Part shown: one piece after another, positions 9,357-20,329 of the stretch | How the letters are laid out: every line of letters starts with the position of its first letter | How positions within the stretch are numbered: the first letter of the stretch is position 1 | Virus record (IMG/VR): IMGVR_UViG_2974778117_000001 | Span: 32,001-96,000 of that record | Length of the DNA: 64,000 bases | From: a virus | Lineage: Duplodnaviria; Caudoviricetes | Reading direction: 5' to 3' (one strand) | Program-made: the position numbers and the translations under genes | The notes under the pieces: model-generated | Told to the model about the DNA's origin: nothing | Databases searched by the model: none | What the model saw: only the letters and a program-made list of their open reading frames with translations

Positions 9357-11231
9357 ATGGCAGGTTTCAAACAATCCTTGAAAGAACATCGTCCAGTTTC
9401 GCTGATCACGTTTGACGGTGACCAGTTCGATCCTGTGCTGCGTACTTCGCTTGCCAATCCCCCGGTGATCCTGGATGAGTCGGAGTATCAGAACAACGCT
9501 ATCCTCATGAACGAGCAGCCAGACTTCCCGGGCTATCGCATGGGTATGAGCTCGCTTGTCGGGCTAGAGCAGACTGACCAATACGCTATGGCGTTCGGCT
9601 ATAACGGCTACAATGCCTTGAACCCGAGCGGCTGGACCAAGACTCTGCTGCAGGTTCCACATATCGCAGCACTCGGCTTCCCAAACAACAATGGCTCGTT
9701 CAGTCTGTCGTTCATGTACTATCGCGATCAAGACGAGAACGCTGGCTGGCGTGAGACTCGACGCTCCTTGGGGCAATCTTACACCGATACGCTTCAGCGT
9801 CCGATCCTCCGTAAGGCGGGTGTATTTGACATTTGGTGGGAGGATTACTGGTCATCTCAGCACGTTGTGGCTTTGGTTGGCCCAGACAACAAGCGCATCA
9901 ACATCCGCAATGACACCTTGGACGGTGCAACTCAATCAGGATCGGCTAGCCGATTCTACAAGCGCAACCTGCTGTTCACATGCGTCTATGACTGTCAGCT
10001 GACCAGCCCAGGTGTCTACACTTGCAACTGGATCATCTACATCAACGGCAGAGAGCGCGCTCGTACCACATGGACAGCGCTTGACACTCCGCCTGTGGTG
10101 AATGCCGTTTCACCTATCGAAATTGGTGGGCGCATCAACTCAGCCGCTGTCCACAATGACCGCAACACCTCGTTCGTTATGCTCGATCAGATTGGCGTGT
10201 TCAACAAAGCATTCACCCCGGATCAGGTGGCGTGGCTGTGGAAGAAGTGCTTGGCTTACGACGATATGATCCATGCGTCCTATCCCAACAACTTCTGGAC
10301 GATGGGTGACGCAGATAGCCAAACCAACTTTGCTATGGTTGACAGTTCGCGTTCTAGCGATAGACGAGATGGTGTATACATTGGTGGCAACCAGTTGGCA
10401 ATCCGTGGTCGGGCTGGTCCTCCACGTCTTGGTGGTTCGGCTGTCACGTTCACCAATGGTGGCATGGCGGCTGTCCACTATCAACCCAGCGGTTACTCAC
10501 CAGTCTGGAATCCAGACGCCGACTATACCATTGAGCTATGGACGACATTCTCCAACGCAACCCGTGGCGTGATCTTCTCGAATCAGCGAGATGACCGTCC
10601 TTTCCCAGGTATGCTGCTGGAATGCAATCGTCGCAATAATCAAGACTATCCGGGAGCATTGCAGTTCTCGGTGGACAGCTCGACGTTTGTCCAGACTAAG
10701 CAATACAAGGCGGACAACTCACCTTACCACTTCGGTGACGGTCAGTTCCATCATGTGGTCATGATCCGTCGAGGCACGACCATTGAGCTATGGGTTGACA
10801 GTGAGCTGCACGCCACAGCCAACACAGCCATCAATCGTGTAAGCTCTCCGGGTCCGGGTCAGATCTATCTGATGAGCACGATGCCCGGCGCGCTGAACGT
10901 GAACGGCACTATGTGCTACCTCATCACCTATCCATATGCTTTGCAGAGTCAAGAGATCAAGGCGCGGTACAGTTACCGCTACTTGTATCGCATTCAGGGC
11001 AATGTGACGCTGCAGGGTTCACCATATCAAGCGAACGTTCGTGTCTTGAACACGATGACAGGTGAACTGATCACCCAGACCACGAGCGATCAGTCAACAG
11101 GCAACTATTCAATCAACTTGTATGACAACACCTTGCTCGACCTGTATGCTCTAAATATCCAGGACCCGAACATTCGCTATCGTATCTATGGGCCTATCCG
11201 CCCTGCAGAACTTGAGGATCTACCGCAATGA
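9357..11231 (+). CDS. LamG/ConA-like domain tail-fibre or baseplate protein
   Basis: two LamG-like domains (YTIELW, DGQFHHVVMIRRGTTIELWVD) plus C-terminal transthyretin/Ig-like module; TAAATA at 9327. Confidence 0.75.
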   Translation: MAGFKQSLKEHRPVSLITFDGDQFDPVLRTSLANPPVILDESEYQNNAILMNEQPDFPGYRMGMSSLVGLEQTDQYAMAFGYNGYNALNPSGWTKTLLQVPHIAALGFPNNNGSFSLSFMYYRDQDENAGWRETRRSLGQSYTDTLQRPILRKAGVFDIWWEDYWSSQHVVALVGPDNKRINIRNDTLDGATQSGSASRFYKRNLLFTCVYDCQLTSPGVYTCNWIIYINGRERARTTWTALDTPPVVNAVSPIEIGGRINSAAVHNDRNTSFVMLDQIGVFNKAFTPDQVAWLWKKCLAYDDMIHASYPNNFWTMGDADSQTNFAMVDSSRSSDRRDGVYIGGNQLAIRGRAGPPRLGGSAVTFTNGGMAAVHYQPSGYSPVWNPDADYTIELWTTFSNATRGVIFSNQRDDRPFPGMLLECNRRNNQDYPGALQFSVDSSTFVQTKQYKADNSPYHFGDGQFHHVVMIRRGTTIELWVDSELHATANTAINRVSSPGPGQIYLMSTMPGALNVNGTMCYLITYPYALQSQEIKARYSYRYLYRIQGNVTLQGSPYQANVRVLNTMTGELITQTTSDQSTGNYSINLYDNTLLDLYALNIQDPNIRYRIYGPIRPAELEDLPQ

Positions 11232-12315
11232 CAATCATGAAGTCCGAGTGGACAACCCCTATCCAGATCGGCGATGATCTCGCCACACACAAAGACTGGT
11301 GGGCGTCGTTCCATGACGCGCTGATTAACAAATCGGTATGGACCTGGGAGCGAGTCACTGGTGACTTCGCAGACTTTAACTCCGTGACTGACGTGTCGTC
11401 GATAACCCCAATCAACGCAGGCTTCCGGATCTACAAGTTGGTGATGCGATGACGCTCTCTGGTCGATCACCGATCTATCTGCGCGTTGAGTACTGGAGCA
11501 ACTGGGACGGTACGACGTCCACAACGTCGGCACAGTCGACCCGTTCTTCGGTGAAGTATCCGCATGTTGTCGTCTACTTTGGTGGATCGGTTACATCGGC
11601 TGGCGTGGTTAGCGGCGGCACAATGTGGCAGTCATCGCCAGCTTACCCCAGCACGACGTACGCTAAGGGAACGGCGTCAGGTTTCACACAGATTCCAGCC
11701 TGTCAGAACTATATCTACACTGATACAGTGAAGGGACAATTTGCTATCGTGTTTGGTGCTTCATCCAAGAGTGGAGCATTGCCGAATCCATCTGGTGGTT
11801 ATCAGAAGTATGACGCTGTGCGTTTCACCTTTGAGCGTGAGTACAACATCGCCACAGGCGAAACGATGCCAAACTTCACGTCATTCATGATCACAAGCGA
11901 TCAGGCTTGGTCAATGACAGCCGCGTCTTCTGCCTATACAGGACGTTGGGTGAACTTTGATCACATCCAGAATGTTTGGGTCACACCATACGATCGCACG
12001 ATGTGTCGCTACCTAGGACAGTTCCAAGATGGTGGAGTATCTGCATACACAATGTATCAGCCATTCATGCTCTTCTCGAGCGCGCAAGGGTTGATTCCGT
12101 CTCGTTTCATGTATCTGTACAGAGCCGGCACAAAGACGCCATACACAGTATCGACTGTTTCAGTGAATGGCGTTCCTGTGGATATGATGCACCTTCCATA
12201 TCTGAGATGTGGTGTCATGGGAGCTTTGACTTCAGACATGAACTCATCGACTTCAATTGACGATTCAACTAACTGGCTGAGAAACACAGCCGTCTGCTAC
12301 GCAATGAGTCAGTAA
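11228..12315 (+). CDS. putative tail fibre protein (two ORFs joined at a frameshift near 11437)
   Basis: H.ALI...W.W, G.RIYK...L....PIYLRVEY fibre N-terminal pattern; S/T/Y-rich. Confidence 0.6.
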
Positions 12316-12635
12316 TGCCAGATACCGTCTTGATCCCGAAGATCTACTTCGGAACAAACGCAACTCCAGTCTTTGATCGGTTTCTGCCCGCCGTCCAGAT
12401 GAATGGGTCGAAGACGATCTCAGGACGTGTGAGCGAGGGAACTGTACCCAAGGGTGGCTATCAGATGTTTCTGTTGATCCATGGGTCGCAGATTCCTATT
12501 ACACAAACGACGACAAGCTCTATCGGTGAATACTCGTTCACCGGCTTGCGCGACGATGTCATGTATGATGTCCTTGCGTTTGACCCAGTAAGTAAGTGGG
12601 AAGCGAAGGTATCATCGAAACGAATTGCAGGTTGA
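12315..12635 (+). CDS. small fibre-associated Ig/transthyretin-like protein
   Basis: ISGRV...TTSS.GEYSFTGL....YDV.AFDP. Confidence 0.65.
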   Translation: MPDTVLIPKIYFGTNATPVFDRFLPAVQMNGSKTISGRVSEGTVPKGGYQMFLLIHGSQIPITQTTTSSIGEYSFTGLRDDVMYDVLAFDPVSKWEAKVSSKRIAG

Positions 12636-12638
12636 TCT

Positions 12639-14095
12639 ATGGCATATCTAGAAGGCACATGCACAACAGGTGGAGTCGCCACCCAGGCGTCAAGGTTTAC
12701 GCATTCCGCACCGGGCAATGGGGAGCACCTGCATCAGGTATTAGCGACTTTGAAGGAAAGTGGCGAATTGAAGGTTTGGTCGATGACGTTCCGTATGACG
12801 TCGCTTTCGTGCATCCAGATGGACAGTGGGAAGGTAAGATGTCAAGTCGACGCATGCCTATCTTCGATCCGTTTGCCGATCCATACTGGGAAGACACAAC
12901 TCTACTCGTTCACTTTGATGACGTTGCTGGTCAAACCCCGACGAATGAACGCGGCATCACAGGATTCCGAATTGGAGGAACTGGGGCGTTGATTGCAGAC
13001 ACTGCTCCAACTCCCAAGTTTGGAACAGGAGCCTTGAACATCAATAACGGCGCCACTGCTGCCGGATGCTGGTTTGGCACAGGTGCATCAACCGGTATTG
13101 TCGCCGACACCAATCCTATGTATATGGGTTCCACTGACAACTTCACTGTAGAGGGTTGGTTCTATTGCCGAAGTGGCGTGGCGACCAACACCTACCGAGA
13201 CATCTGCATTCTTGCAGCCAACGACAAAGGCATCGTCATCAACGGCAGCAGCCAGATCGTCTACTACGACGGCGGCATCAAGATCCAAGGCCCAAGCATG
13301 ACTGATCTATATGATAAATGGGTGTGGCTTGTCGTCCAGAGAGAAAACGGCATAACGGGGATGTGGCTAGACGGTCAGAGAATCGGCACTTTTGGTGATA
13401 CGGGAGTCAAAAACGCTTTCCGAATCGGATCCAACACCCAAGCGTCTGAACAATTCTTCGGCGGTCTAGATGAATGGAGACACACGAGGGCAGCCAGATA
13501 TCCGGGATCTCCTGTGACTATTCAAGTTCCGACCGCTCCGTTCACACCAGGAAACCCAATCCGGTCAGATAGTTTCACTGTACCTCGTCTTTGGAATTAC
13601 GAACAGACCTTCGGTTCGGCAACTTGGACAATTACTTCTGGTAGATTGAATGTGGATCAATCTACCAGCTCGACAGTCTTTGTCAGGCGAGATTTCTCTT
13701 CACAGAACCTATTCTGTGAAGCTGAGATCTTCCAAGCTCAAGACTCTGGGTTTGTTTGGAGGTACATTGACACGAGCAATTACTACCTGATGTCTCTGAT
13801 GGATGATCAGGCACCGTTGGAACCTAATACTTTGAAGATTTACAAGCGTGTCAATGATGCTTATACACAGATCGGATCCACAACGCCAATCACCTTGACT
13901 CGCGGAACAGCCAACAAAGTGCGGATGGAGATGACGGGTTCTACTATCACTGTTCTGATCAACGGTACGCCAGTCGGATCATTCACCGATACATCAATCG
14001 CAGTCTCTGGTCGAATGGGCTTCAAGGCTGCTGCAGGTTCGGGCTATAACGGACAGCTGTCTGTTGACAACTTCAAGTGGGACACACTCCTATGA
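12639..14095 (+). CDS. LamG-domain receptor-binding protein (frameshift near 12680)
   Basis: DPYW....LLVHFD, KFGTGAL, FTVEGWFY, F.G.LDEWR.T..ARY, and a second C-terminal lectin-like domain. Confidence 0.75.
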
Positions 14096-15075
14096 TGCCG
14101 ATGTTCTTCAATCACGATACGCCTGGCGCACCACTGCTAACGGGCGGACAGAACTTCAATCTAAGCCTCGTCTTGAAGTTCTGTCTGGTGCAGGCGGGCT
14201 GGACTGTCGTCTGGGAAGACGCGACGGCTCGCAAGATCTGTTTCCGCAATGATGCCAACGAGGGTAATGGCTGCTACTTCCTGGTCGATGAGACTCCAGC
14301 GAGCATGGCTTACATGGACATTGGCGAAGGCTGGGACGACACAACCAAGACGCTGATCAACAATGTGGCTCTTGCTAGCCCTTGGACACGTGGCACATAT
14401 AAGGGCGCATCAGCCGATAATCGCCAATGGTGGATTGTGGCGGACAATCGTACCTTCTATGCACAGATCAGTGGCAAGTTCCTGGGGCAGGCAGTCGAGA
14501 CAGTAGACGGAACCGTCGGCAGCTGGTACCAGTGGCCCTTTGCTGCTGGTGACTATACTCGATTTGACGGGAAGCCGGGTGTATTCCTCGCTGCGACTTG
14601 GTCGAACAGTGCATCACTTCCGTCTCAATCTAACAACAGCATTGGAGTTACTGGTTACAGCCTGCCAGACATGAACCGCTCAAAGCCGAGTATCGGCGTG
14701 ACAAGAGGTGCCGATGGTAAGATCGCTTCCTCTTGCGTCGCCGCTTTGGTGCCAGCTACGTATAACTCGGGATACATCATCGGTGAGTCATCTTCGGTGA
14801 TCATTGCCGACAATCCGTACTTGACATTCTCGCAAAACTACATGCTATACACGTCCAACGCCAACTCCAACACAATGGGAGTTAGTGGGGTATTCCGCGG
14901 ACTCTGGTATCCAAACTTCAGAGTCTACTCGGTATGTTCGGGCGTTCAGCTCGATCAGACTTGGCGTTCTCTTGGCAATAGCAATTTCAGTGAGCTGTTG
15001 ATCTTCGCAGGTAAGGACAGTAACTCGACTGGTAGCATCTGGTACATGGGTGTCGAAAAAGGAAGACCTTGGTGA
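14092..15075 (+). CDS. putative tail fibre protein
   Basis: D.PGAP.L.G....L..VLK.CLV..GWT fibre N-terminus; WWIVAD.RTFY. Confidence 0.7.
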   Translation: MMPMFFNHDTPGAPLLTGGQNFNLSLVLKFCLVQAGWTVVWEDATARKICFRNDANEGNGCYFLVDETPASMAYMDIGEGWDDTTKTLINNVALASPWTRGTYKGASADNRQWWIVADNRTFYAQISGKFLGQAVETVDGTVGSWYQWPFAAGDYTRFDGKPGVFLAATWSNSASLPSQSNNSIGVTGYSLPDMNRSKPSIGVTRGADGKIASSCVAALVPATYNSGYIIGESSSVIIADNPYLTFSQNYMLYTSNANSNTMGVSGVFRGLWYPNFRVYSVCSGVQLDQTWRSLGNSNFSELLIFAGKDSNSTGSIWYMGVEKGRPW

Positions 15076-17162
15076 GTAGCACAAATCAAATCCCATACGC
15101 TTTCGCCGGTACAAAGACGAAGATGCCCTATCTTGGTTCCGGCTATATCGCTGGCGAAGCGCCGCCTCCACTTGTTCCAGATCATCCGGACGGTAGAACC
15201 TATGTCGACTACCAGATCAAGCCTCTGGTTGTCAAGGTATTGCATGCAGACTCGTTCACCCCAATCTCTGAGGTGAAGTCTCTGCCGGATGGCACATGGC
15301 GCATTGAGGGCTTGGACCCAGCCCAGCGATATCAGGTGATCTTCCAGAACGACACCTACAGAGATAGCAGCAACACGCTATACAACTCCTTCATCCAGGA
15401 TTGGATCACGGCTGTCCCTATGCCCTATGTAGCTCCAGCCGATGAGCTGCTGATGGCTGTGCCTCTCGTCATGGAAAGATGGGCTATGCCGTCTACGATT
15501 CAGGCTTGGTCTGTCAATGGTGGCGTCTTGACGACTCCCACCTTCTCCGGGTCATTCACTGGAGTTACAGTCGAAACCAACAAGACTAGCGTGAATGTGC
15601 GGCTAGTGCCTGTGCAACAGATCGGCACGTACACCTTGCAGGTGTCGGCTATTAAAGACACAAACACTATCACGACCGGCTTGAGATCCTTCAGAATCCG
15701 ACCGCAGCAGGTAGACACACAGCAGTTCATCCGCTTTGCTTTGCTTGGTACAACGCCAGGCCCGGCTAGCGCTATTTCCACTTGGAATCGTGCGTTGAAC
15801 AACAATGGCACCTTGACAAACGGAACGTTCACTGCAGATGCGGACGCGCTATCGCCAGACTATCCTGTGTCTCTGAACAGCAACTGGTCAGCTGATATCA
15901 TCTCTGGTGGTATGTTCAATGATGGTGCAGGTAACTGGATCTCTCTGAACAACGGCTACAACAATGGAGTCACGGTCGAGGGTTGGTTCAATGTGTCGAC
16001 TTGGCCCACTACCGATTCAGCTATGCTGACGTCGATCCAGACATCCAATGCTGCATCATCGCTTATCGGCTTGACCCTTTTGCCATCCAAGAGGATTGGC
16101 ACAATCATGAAGTATGGCTCGACCAACTCGGCTAGGTTCGAGAATGTAGGTGAAGCCGACTACACGTTGCCGACTGGCGAGTGGTTCCATGTGTTGGTCC
16201 ACATTCCTCCCAGTCAAGCTGACGGCTATCTGTACATCAACGGGCAGTATGTGGATAAGTGGTCGATGATCAAGAGGAACACAGTTCCTACCAACACAAA
16301 CCTGACCATCGGCTATGTCACCTTCATGTGCAACAATGGTCAGGGCTGCACAGGAACAGCTGTGGCCAAGTGTAACAGGGTTGTGTGGCTTGAGAGTCGC
16401 TTCTCTAACCAGAACTTCACTCCGTCAAAGAACAAGTATCACGAGTATCAAGCCACCGTCCATTGTGCCACCTATGGGGTCAACGGCAAAACTGTGAATG
16501 AGATGAGCTCTTGCGATGGCACATGGAACACGACAGGTAACACAAACTCGAGGCCTGTGTTCGATCCAGTCGAGGGTGTGGTCTTCCCGAACACAACAGC
16601 GACAGATGGATATGCCTGGATCAACATTCAGCGAGGATATGGCGGTGTCAAGGGTTCGTTCTGTCTGGATGTGTGGTTCAAGCCACTGACGGCATATAAT
16701 GGCGACAAGAACATCATTCAGCTCGGCAACGCGGGCTCATCTGATGGACGCATGCACATCGCCCTGAACAATGGTAAGCTGAAGTCGTTCTGTGCGCCAT
16801 ACACAGCTGCGACGGGTGTCACCATGAACGGGACGACGGTGCTTAACAACAACCAATGGTATCTAGCCACCTTGTGCTGCGATGTGATCCAGCGCGAGTG
16901 GAGACTCTATCTGGATGGTACGCTTGAGGCTAGCATCGCTGACCCCACGCTTGCACCGTTGGCATTGCCGGCTACCTCGTCTCTGATCCAGATCATCTTG
17001 GGCGGTCGGCATCCACTGAGTACTGCAAGTGGTACGATTCCGTCATTCCATGGCGTCATCGGTGCAACACGATTGACTGTCAATGGACCTCGCTACTACT
17101 CCGGCTTTACGCCTACCGGCATCGGCGCATGGGATGCACTGCCAGCTCGCCCAGCGGCTTAA
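15072..17162 (+). CDS. LamG-domain receptor-binding protein
   Basis: G.GYIAGE.P, S.PDGTWRIEGLDP..RY.V module followed by two LamG-like domains (TVEGWF, WFHV; CLDVWF, NQWY, LYLDG). Confidence 0.75.
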   Translation: MSSTNQIPYAFAGTKTKMPYLGSGYIAGEAPPPLVPDHPDGRTYVDYQIKPLVVKVLHADSFTPISEVKSLPDGTWRIEGLDPAQRYQVIFQNDTYRDSSNTLYNSFIQDWITAVPMPYVAPADELLMAVPLVMERWAMPSTIQAWSVNGGVLTTPTFSGSFTGVTVETNKTSVNVRLVPVQQIGTYTLQVSAIKDTNTITTGLRSFRIRPQQVDTQQFIRFALLGTTPGPASAISTWNRALNNNGTLTNGTFTADADALSPDYPVSLNSNWSADIISGGMFNDGAGNWISLNNGYNNGVTVEGWFNVSTWPTTDSAMLTSIQTSNAASSLIGLTLLPSKRIGTIMKYGSTNSARFENVGEADYTLPTGEWFHVLVHIPPSQADGYLYINGQYVDKWSMIKRNTVPTNTNLTIGYVTFMCNNGQGCTGTAVAKCNRVVWLESRFSNQNFTPSKNKYHEYQATVHCATYGVNGKTVNEMSSCDGTWNTTGNTNSRPVFDPVEGVVFPNTTATDGYAWINIQRGYGGVKGSFCLDVWFKPLTAYNGDKNIIQLGNAGSSDGRMHIALNNGKLKSFCAPYTAATGVTMNGTTVLNNNQWYLATLCCDVIQREWRLYLDGTLEASIADPTLAPLALPATSSLIQIILGGRHPLSTASGTIPSFHGVIGATRLTVNGPRYYSGFTPTGIGAWDALPARPAA

Positions 17163-17194
17163 ATAGAATGGAGTAAGTTCAAGGGATTCTATCT

Positions 17195-19015
17195 GTGGCA
17201 GCATTGGGGTCGCACATTCCAGTCAATCTGACGACCCCAATCTTCCTGGGTCCCTATTCGCATGTCCCCTCAAACTTGGGGGTGACATCGTTCTGTGATG
17301 GGATGTGGAAAGGTCTTGCGTACAACAAGATCGACTTCAACTTCCAACAGTTCTATCAGAACGCACCGTTCAACGCGGTTGACTTCACCTTCGATTGCCT
17401 CGTGCCCGACATCTGTGAAGATGCTTGGGTTCCTGCTGTATCTGGCGACAAGGTAGATGTAGAGTTCAACAAGGCCTACGTCCCCAATGTCCCCGGCTTC
17501 GCTGTGGATGTGGACTGGGCATGCTCTGGTCCCAAGCCGCCTGTCCTGTTTGATGGCTTCATCACGGCTTATGAGGGTGCAGCAGGCGAGGCTCGCTTGT
17601 GGGAACCCTTCCAGGCTCGGGCTTGGAATGGTGAAGCGGCATCAGCTGACCTCCAGCTATTCGACACACAGATCAAGGTCGGCATCACCTACACGGGTGA
17701 ATGGGCAGGCCTTGATGATCTGTCTGTGGTCTCTGGTCTGGCTCCTCGTGCCTACACAGGTGAAGAGCTACTAGCCACACTCTCGACCAGTACCACATTT
17801 GCTTTTGACAACTACACAGGTGAGTACTCTGTTGGTGATCTGACGATCCCAGCCCGTGCTGATCTGGTTCCGGTTGCCTACCAAGGCGAGTCGGCTGAGG
17901 CTACGGCTTCGGTCACGTTCGCCCTTTCTCCCACGGCTTACACAGGCGAGTGGGCTAGCACCTTTGAGCTGCAGCTCACTGAGTTCATCAACGCATACAC
18001 AGGTGAGTATGCGGAAGCCGCCCTGGCTACCGATGACACATTCTACCTGGACTACTACACAGGCGAATATGCTCTTGCGGACCTAGGCACCAGACCATCT
18101 GAACCACTGGGTACATTCAGGGCTTATGAGGGCAGCAATGCCTACATCGAGCTCAAGATGGCTTATGCCATCTACTTCTACCCAGAGGTGATCAAGGAAG
18201 GCCCATGGGTCAACCTGGATTGGAATGGTCTGAACAGCATTGATCTCACCAAGCGTTCATGCTGCCCAACATACGCTCTTGACTATCAGCGTATCGAACT
18301 GTCTGATGGTGTCCCAGTCGGCACCACATACACAGGCGAGGCTATCTTCTGTAGCGCTAGCCTTGAGGCTCGTCCACGCTTCAGCGCGACAGGCTTTGAA
18401 GGCGCCACAACCTACTTTGTGGACCCGATTGTCTTCACACCAGTAGCAATCAGGACAGGCGAGCGGGTCGAGATCCCAGCCACGCTTGAGACATTCGAGC
18501 TAGACATCAAGCTGTGCCCAGGTAACCTGATCCCTGATGCTGAGTTTGCGAATATCGAACTGATCAGCATCTACGACGAGAACTGCGATGCCCAGTTCGC
18601 CTTCACAGGTGAGACAATGCGGGCTGAGCTGTCAGTCATCGTGGGACAAGAGCCAAGAGCATACGAAGGCGCATGGTCTCAAGCCGATCTGACGGTTGAT
18701 CCTATCATGACGGCTATCGCCTATGAGGGTGCGGTCGGTAGGACAATCAACCCGGATATTCCAACAGGCCCAGCCTATGAAGGCGCCACAGCCTTCTTCA
18801 TGTTCGCGGAACCAGACTGGATCGCATACACAGGCGAGGCGTGCACTCTCACAAACCTGGCTACCGAATACTTTGTGGAGTTCATGGAGAACGGCTGCCT
18901 GACCAATGATTACACCCCGATTGACGAGAACGGCGATCCGATCCCCGAGCTAAATAATCCAGTGCCTGTGGAGATGGATCAGTTCCGCCACTCAATCCTA
19001 GCGAGATGCTTCTAA
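17195..19015 (+). CDS. acidic Y[T/E]G[E/A]-repeat virion protein
   Basis: about 19 AYTGE/AYEGA-type repeats; late TAAATA at 17160. Confidence 0.7.
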   Translation: MAALGSHIPVNLTTPIFLGPYSHVPSNLGVTSFCDGMWKGLAYNKIDFNFQQFYQNAPFNAVDFTFDCLVPDICEDAWVPAVSGDKVDVEFNKAYVPNVPGFAVDVDWACSGPKPPVLFDGFITAYEGAAGEARLWEPFQARAWNGEAASADLQLFDTQIKVGITYTGEWAGLDDLSVVSGLAPRAYTGEELLATLSTSTTFAFDNYTGEYSVGDLTIPARADLVPVAYQGESAEATASVTFALSPTAYTGEWASTFELQLTEFINAYTGEYAEAALATDDTFYLDYYTGEYALADLGTRPSEPLGTFRAYEGSNAYIELKMAYAIYFYPEVIKEGPWVNLDWNGLNSIDLTKRSCCPTYALDYQRIELSDGVPVGTTYTGEAIFCSASLEARPRFSATGFEGATTYFVDPIVFTPVAIRTGERVEIPATLETFELDIKLCPGNLIPDAEFANIELISIYDENCDAQFAFTGETMRAELSVIVGQEPRAYEGAWSQADLTVDPIMTAIAYEGAVGRTINPDIPTGPAYEGATAFFMFAEPDWIAYTGEACTLTNLATEYFVEFMENGCLTNDYTPIDENGDPIPELNNPVPVEMDQFRHSILARCF

Positions 19016-19018
19016 GTC

Positions 19019-20329
19019 ATGGCCACCTGCCTAGAGACAATCAACTCAACCCCCATCCCCAGTATTCCGGTGATCACACCCAATACTCAGATGGGGTTCT
19101 CCATCAACAGCTTCAATAACCAGCTGTTCCTGATGCAGTCAGCCCTGTTCCAGACAGCCAAGTTCACGGTACAGCTGACCACCATCAACCCCAACCTGAC
19201 CATGACATTCTATACCCAGACAGGTGGCAACTGGGTACCGGTGTCAAGTGTAGCAATTAATCAGACCAGCACCACGTTCACAGCCGACTTCCCGGCAGGT
19301 GAATATATTGTGTGCTTGAGGACCACGTCTGCCTTCGCCCAAGCCGGATATTTCGTTGGTGAATTTACAGGCTACAGCCAGGTTGCCGTGCTCCAGCCCC
19401 GAGCATATCAAGGTGAATATTCAGTAGGCACATTCTACGAGAAACCACGCCCACCCCAAGAGTGCAAAGAAGCCCTGTTCTATACGATCACAGAAGGTAG
19501 CATGCCTCCGGGCCTGTTCATGGACAACCTAGGGACAATCACTGGCATCCTACCTAACCTCGACTGCCTACCAGATAGATGGTCTCCCGCCGCCAACTGG
19601 TACTATGACGAGAACGATGGGTACGCATATCCGTGGGGTAGAGAATGGAGATTCAAGGTAAAGGTAGAGGTAGCCAACTATCCGGAATCCAACGCAGAAG
19701 ACTGGTTCTGTATCAAGATCCACAACAACTGGGACTTCGACCTGGAGAACTTTCTGAGACAGGCACCCTTCAAGAAGGTACACCAGGTTAACGTCATCAC
19801 CCAACCACCAGGCCTAGACACATCAGGTATGTGTATTCCATGTAAGGCACCAGAGCAGTCACCGATATATGTACCCCAACCAGTAAGGGATACAGGGTGT
19901 GCAGCATGTTCCGCCCAGTCAGAGGCACAACAGATTGAGCTGATCGAGATCCCGACGGAATTGTGTCAGTGCCCAGTAGAGGAAATTCTGCCTTGGTATC
20001 AAGACAATTTTTCTGAGGTCTTTGAATGTGAAGCGTTGAACGAGTTTGTGGGGGCGCTATCTGATTCGCCAAGCTTTCAGATCCTTAGACGGAAAGCAGG
20101 GTATCTCCCCGATGATCCGCTGACAGATCTAGTGAAGGAGCAGACCTTCATCGCCGTGTCAGCCTACAACAACTTCCTTCAGCTTGCACAAGTGACGATC
20201 AGCCCGCAGTCAGATCCATCCAGTATGACCGCGCTTCTACAACAGTGGAGGGACTACGAGAATCAAGTCCTGCCGACGAATCCACTAGTCTACACAGGGG
20301 AGAGCCTAAGTGTCGAGCTCACAGTCTGA
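19019..20329 (+). CDS. Cys-rich putative structural protein with Ig-like domain
   Basis: YTITEGSMPPGL.MD..GTITG (He_PIG/Ig-like pattern); CIPC, CAAC and CQC motifs. Confidence 0.7.
   Translation: MATCLETINSTPIPSIPVITPNTQMGFSINSFNNQLFLMQSALFQTAKFTVQLTTINPNLTMTFYTQTGGNWVPVSSVAINQTSTTFTADFPAGEYIVCLRTTSAFAQAGYFVGEFTGYSQVAVLQPRAYQGEYSVGTFYEKPRPPQECKEALFYTITEGSMPPGLFMDNLGTITGILPNLDCLPDRWSPAANWYYDENDGYAYPWGREWRFKVKVEVANYPESNAEDWFCIKIHNNWDFDLENFLRQAPFKKVHQVNVITQPPGLDTSGMCIPCKAPEQSPIYVPQPVRDTGCAACSAQSEAQQIELIEIPTELCQCPVEEILPWYQDNFSEVFECEALNEFVGALSDSPSFQILRRKAGYLPDDPLTDLVKEQTFIAVSAYNNFLQLAQVTISPQSDPSSMTALLQQWRDYENQVLPTNPLVYTGESLSVELTV

Noticed and set aside
17560-18850. TACACAGGYGA DNA repeats read as a CRISPR-like or iteron array
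   Set aside because: They are in-frame codons for the YTGE protein repeat, with synonymous variation and irregular spacing.
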